From the sequence record DRR723986_9628: a stretch of 64,000 nucleotides of DNA; one strand, given 5' to 3'. Both the position numbers and the translations under genes were made by a program. The notes below the pieces were generated by a model. It worked only from the letters and a program-made list of their open reading frames with translations. It was not told the DNA's origin and did no database searches. How positions within the stretch are numbered: position 1 is the first letter of the stretch; the number at the start of each line of letters is the position of its first letter. This document shows positions 60,544 through 64,000 of this stretch, piece after piece.

Positions 60544-60909
60544 TTAAGCTTTCCTCAGTATCTTCTCCATTTTTCTCCCTTTGGCCAACTCATCTACGAT
60601 CTTGTCAAGGTAGCGTACTTTCTGAGTAAGAGTATTTTCGATTTCCTGAACTTTATAGCCACAGATGGAGCCAGTGATTAGGCTGGCATTAGGGTTGAGT
60701 TTTGCTTCCGCAAAGAATTGCTCAAAAGTTGACTTTACTTCGATTTGGTTTTGAATGCCTTGTTCATCAAAACCAGTTAGCCAAGTAATGACCTCATGCA
60801 ATTCGGCTTTGGTCCTTCCTTTTCGCTCCACTTTGGTGACATAATGTGGATAGACCGAAGAGAAAGTCATTTTCGCAATTTTCTCATCGTGGTGACTGGT
60901 GCTGCTCAT
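60544..60909 (-). CDS. DUF2200 family protein
   Basis: [44 protein letters not shown]. Confidence 0.88.
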   Translation of the reverse strand: MSSTSHHDEKIAKMTFSSVYPHYVTKVERKGRTKAELHEVITWLTGFDEQGIQNQIEVKSTFEQFFAEAKLNPNASLITGSICGYKVQEIENTLTQKVRYLDKIVDELAKGRKMEKILRKA

Positions 60910-60961
60910 AATTGTTTAGAGTTGATCATGAAATAACAATATACTAGTGCTTAAAATACTT

Positions 60962-61063
60962 TTCCCAAATGCGGACAAAATTGTTCGGTGTTTACGGTTA
61001 AAAATAGTGGCTTAATGCCAAATAGAGCCATTTTAATGCTTTCTAGATGGCATGGAAGTGGAA
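60962..61063 (+). promoter_or_regulatory. Putative sigma54 promoter C with tandem enhancer boxes
   Basis: TTCCCA-N4-CGGACA (60962), TGTTCG-N4-TTACGG (60982), TGGCAT-N5-TGGA (61048). Confidence 0.65.
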
Positions 61064-61074
61064 GGGATTTGTCT

Positions 61075-61186
61075 ATTGAGGTTGGAAGTTTGAAAAATCT
61101 AGAACCAAGAGTCAAGATGCCCAGAGGAGCTTCACAACCTTTCAACCTTTCAACCTTTCAACATTACAACTTTCTACCACTTTATC
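61075..61186 (+). repeat. Purine octamer arm + 3 heptamers + pyrimidine octamer array (CTTTCAAC x3 exact)
   Basis: Seen directly; the two octamer arms are complementary. Confidence 0.8.
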
Positions 61187-61227
61187 TCCAATTCATGAAT
61201 TAATCCTTACCCAAAACACACAAACAC

Positions 61228-61509
61228 ATGAGTCACATCGCCATTCCAATCCCGAATCTACCTGGAAAACAGAATATTGATATTCAGGTAATCATCAACA
61301 ATGAGGTAAAGTCACTACACTACAAAGTAGAATTGTTTTACTGGGATGATTGTCTGAATCCTACTGCTCACAGAGCAGATTGTATCTCCGAAATGCTCAC
61401 CAAACATGATCCAAACTGGACCGTTTATTATATCGGTGCTCCAACGGATAAGTTTGTGCCGATCACGTTTGTGAATCGGGAGAGTAAAAAGTGGATGCAG
61501 GTAAGGTGA
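61228..61509 (+). CDS. Hypothetical cytoplasmic protein (93 aa)
   Basis: Clean ORF with an A-rich leader downstream of promoter C; no family recognised. Confidence 0.7.
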   Translation: MSHIAIPIPNLPGKQNIDIQVIINNEVKSLHYKVELFYWDDCLNPTAHRADCISEMLTKHDPNWTVYYIGAPTDKFVPITFVNRESKKWMQVR

Positions 61510-61593
61510 TAGGTGAGAATATAAATTTGATTTTCGCTTTAATACCTCACTTCACTTGTTAATGATTTTGATGTGTTTATAAGTTGTTATATG

Positions 61594-62151
61594 TCACAAT
61601 AATCCTTCAATTACCTCAGGGAAGTGCTTATGCTCCAATGCATGCACTTTTTCGGCGATGGAATCTGGTGTGTCCTCTGAAGTGAGTGGGGTAGAAGCCT
61701 GAAACACGATTCTTCCCTCGTCGTAGTTTTCATTGACAAGATGAATGGTGATGCCTGTTTCTGTATCTCCAGCAGCTTTTATAGCTTCGTGGACAAAACT
61801 TCCATACATGCCTTTTCCTCCGTATTTGGGTAAAAGAGCTGGATGAATGTTCACCATTCGATCAGGGAAAGCTCTGGTTAACTCAACCGGGATTTTCAGT
61901 AAAAAGCCTGCCAGAATCACCCAATCAATATTTTCTTCCTGTAATTTCTCAAGCAAAACACCAGCATCCATTTCTTTTCTGGAAAAAGTAAAAGTAGGAA
62001 CGTCGAATTTCTTTGCCCGCTCCAATACAAAAGCATCTGACTTATTTGAAGCAACCAATGCTATTTCTGCAATTTTTGAATTCTGGAAATGCTCCATGAT
62101 TTTTTCAGCATTACTACCAGATCCTGAAGCTAAGATTGCGAGACGTTTCAA
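61594..62151 (-). CDS. purN: Phosphoribosylglycinamide formyltransferase
   Basis: ASGSGSN, LAGF, NIHPALLP, TGITIHLV..YDEG. Confidence 0.96.
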   Translation of the reverse strand: MKRLAILASGSGSNAEKIMEHFQNSKIAEIALVASNKSDAFVLERAKKFDVPTFTFSRKEMDAGVLLEKLQEENIDWVILAGFLLKIPVELTRAFPDRMVNIHPALLPKYGGKGMYGSFVHEAIKAAGDTETGITIHLVNENYDEGRIVFQASTPLTSEDTPDSIAEKVHALEHKHFPEVIEGLL

Positions 62152-62212
62152 GGGAATATTTGATTTTGATGGGTTGATGCGAAATTAAGGGAAATCTACT
62201 GTAGCGCAGGGT

Positions 62213-62310
62213 AACCTTTGAGGTTTTTTTCTAACCTCGAAGGTTTTCGAGTAGAAGACCTTCGAGGAGATCCCAAACCCTCTGGCGTTTGGGATTACAC
62301 CTCAAAGGTC
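62213..62310. repeat. REP doublet (ACCTTTGAGG...CCTCGAAGGT) with nested ATCCCAAAC..GTTTGGGAT hairpin
   Basis: Arms at 62213-62245 and 62257-62310; insert at 62270-62295. Confidence 0.7.
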
Positions 62311-62390
62311 ATTTCCGGCCAATTTTTCAATCTTTCCATAAAGAAAAGGGAAGGGCTATAAACTCAAAACTGACCACTGAAAACTGCGAA

Positions 62391-63632
62391 CTACTTTCTG
62401 ACCTGTCCATTTCCTCTTACGATCCACTTATAGCTACAAAGCTCTTTCAGCGCCATAGGTCCACGGGCGTGGAGCTTTTGGGTACTTATGCCGATTTCTG
62501 CACCCAAACCAAATTGAGCTCCATCAGTGAAAGCTGTGGAGGCATTTGCATAAACTGCCGCTGCATCCACTTCCAGTAAAAAGCGATCAAGAGTCTCCTG
62601 GTTTTCAGCAACTATAGCTTCAGAATGCTTTGAAGAATAGATAGCAATATGATCTAAGGCTTCATCCAGATTTGCCACAGTTTTGATGGCTAATTTCAGC
62701 CCTAAGAATTCTGTTCCAAAGTGAGACTCATCAGCTTTTGAAATCAATTCGTGAGAATCTAGAGCTTCAAAAGCTTCCTCATCTGCAAAAATCTGAACCT
62801 TGCTTTCCAACATCGGCTGAATCAAATCATTTAAAACGGACAAGTGTGCTTCATGAATTATTAGACAATCCAGAGAATTACATACACTGGGTCTACGGGT
62901 TTTGGAATTATAGGCAATCTCTTTCGCTTTTTCCAAATCCGCGGATTCATCGACATAAGTATGAACGATGCCGGCTCCAGTTTCGATCACTGGCACTTTT
63001 GCATTTTCCCTGACAAAATTGATTAAGCCCTGAGACCCTCTTGGAATAATAACATCGACAAAACCAACTGCCTCCAAGAGTGCTTTCGTGGCTGTTCTTT
63101 CCGCAGGCAAAAGCTGAAATGCTTCCGTTGGCAGCTCATTGATTTCTAACACTTGATGGATCAAACTCATAATCGCTCGATTGGAGAAGTCGGCGTCTGA
63201 ACCTCCTTTCAGCACCAACCCATTTCCGGATTTCAAGGCAAGAGTAAACACGTCAAAAGTTACATTAGGCCTAGCCTCGTAAATGATCCCGATCACCCCA
63301 AGCGGCACGGTAGTTTTCTCAAGCGACAGTCCATTTTCAAGGGTTTTACTTTCCAAGACATGATGAAGCGGACTTGGTAATGCACTCACCTGAATGATTT
63401 CTCCAGCGATAGTTTGAATTCTTTCTTCTGTCAGCAAAAGCCTATCATACATGGGATTGTCTGGCTCCATGAGATCCAGATCTTTCTGGTTTTCTTCGAG
63501 GAGAAAGTAGGTGTTCTCCACCGCCAAAATAGCCAGATTATGTAGGACCTGATTTACCTTCTCATTACTGAGACCAGTCAGTTTTCTAGCTCCTTTTTTT
63601 ACTCCTTCAAAAATATCTTGGTACTCAGTCAT
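62391..63632 (-). CDS. proA: Gamma-glutamyl phosphate reductase
   Basis: [42 protein letters not shown]. Confidence 0.96.
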   Translation of the reverse strand: MTEYQDIFEGVKKGARKLTGLSNEKVNQVLHNLAILAVENTYFLLEENQKDLDLMEPDNPMYDRLLLTEERIQTIAGEIIQVSALPSPLHHVLESKTLENGLSLEKTTVPLGVIGIIYEARPNVTFDVFTLALKSGNGLVLKGGSDADFSNRAIMSLIHQVLEINELPTEAFQLLPAERTATKALLEAVGFVDVIIPRGSQGLINFVRENAKVPVIETGAGIVHTYVDESADLEKAKEIAYNSKTRRPSVCNSLDCLIIHEAHLSVLNDLIQPMLESKVQIFADEEAFEALDSHELISKADESHFGTEFLGLKLAIKTVANLDEALDHIAIYSSKHSEAIVAENQETLDRFLLEVDAAAVYANASTAFTDGAQFGLGAEIGISTQKLHARGPMALKELCSYKWIVRGNGQVRK

Positions 63633-64000
63633 GATCGAAAATATAGAGGTAATCGTAATGGATTAATGCTTTTTGATTCTTTTGGCCAATGCGTTCATTG
63701 GCTACTTTGGAGGAATACTCTGCTCTCCCCAGGCCGATTTTATGACCTGTTTCGTCTCTGATCAGAAGTATGTCTCCTTTGGAAAACTCTCCTTCCAGTT
63801 TAATAATTCCAATTGGCAAGAGACTGCGGATTACCTCTGCCGTGAGGGAGCTTTTCGCTCCTTCATTGATAGTGATCTCTCCAACGTAATAATGTTCACC
63901 GTGAGCCAGCCATTTCTTTGCACCATGTTTTGCTTTTTGAGGTTCAAACCAAGTACATCGCAAGCTTTTGTCAGCAAATTCTCCCAATACATTCTCCCGC
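63625..64000 (-). CDS. proB: Glutamate 5-kinase, C-terminal PUA domain (partial; runs off the window)
   Basis: KKWLAH...INEGA...[16 protein letters not shown]...IGLG; overlaps the proA start. Confidence 0.88.
   Translation of the reverse strand, partial: RENVLGEFADKSLRCTWFEPQKAKHGAKKWLAHGEHYYVGEITINEGAKSSLTAEVIRSLLPIGIIKLEGEFSKGDILLIRDETGHKIGLGRAEYSSKVANERIGQKNQKALIHYDYLYIFDHD

Noticed and set aside
1289-63013. Numerous short antisense or nested ORFs in the track
   Set aside because: Shadows of well-supported genes, with no family motifs

Overview
Chromosomal window from a Bacteroidetes genome. Gene content and TAnnTTTG promoters suggest Cyclobacteriaceae/Algoriphagus-like (inference). 1-2300 is an AT-rich mini defence-type island: a Zn-finger PD-(D/E)XK nuclease, a DUF4238 protein and the orphan C-terminal tail of a type IIG restriction-modification gene, bracketed by inverted REP-like palindromes. 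2300-4840 holds dense REP-like hairpins with nested 18-19 bp mini-palindromes. 3.5-44 kb is mostly metabolic and housekeeping: namZ, two sulfatases, M61 and M28 peptidases, a rhamnose/lactate (rha-lutABC) locus whose isomerase has lost active-site motifs, MscS, a ThuA/GSDH/cytochrome c fusion, galK, cysS, a TA module with a doubly inactivated RelE/ParE toxin, purH and a GH18. 45.8-61.5 kb is the most unusual part: three orphan MacB-type permeases, GIN/DUF4097 beta-helix proteins and cydAB. Three promoters there share near-identical sigma54/enhancer geometry (two 16-bp boxes 20 bp apart, then TGGCA 86-87 bp from the first box). The spacers are built from polarised periodic arrays: purine 7-mers right after stop codons and pyrimidine 8-mers running into start codons. 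The window ends with purN, proA and partial proB. No rRNA, tRNA, CRISPR array, transposase or integrase was seen.
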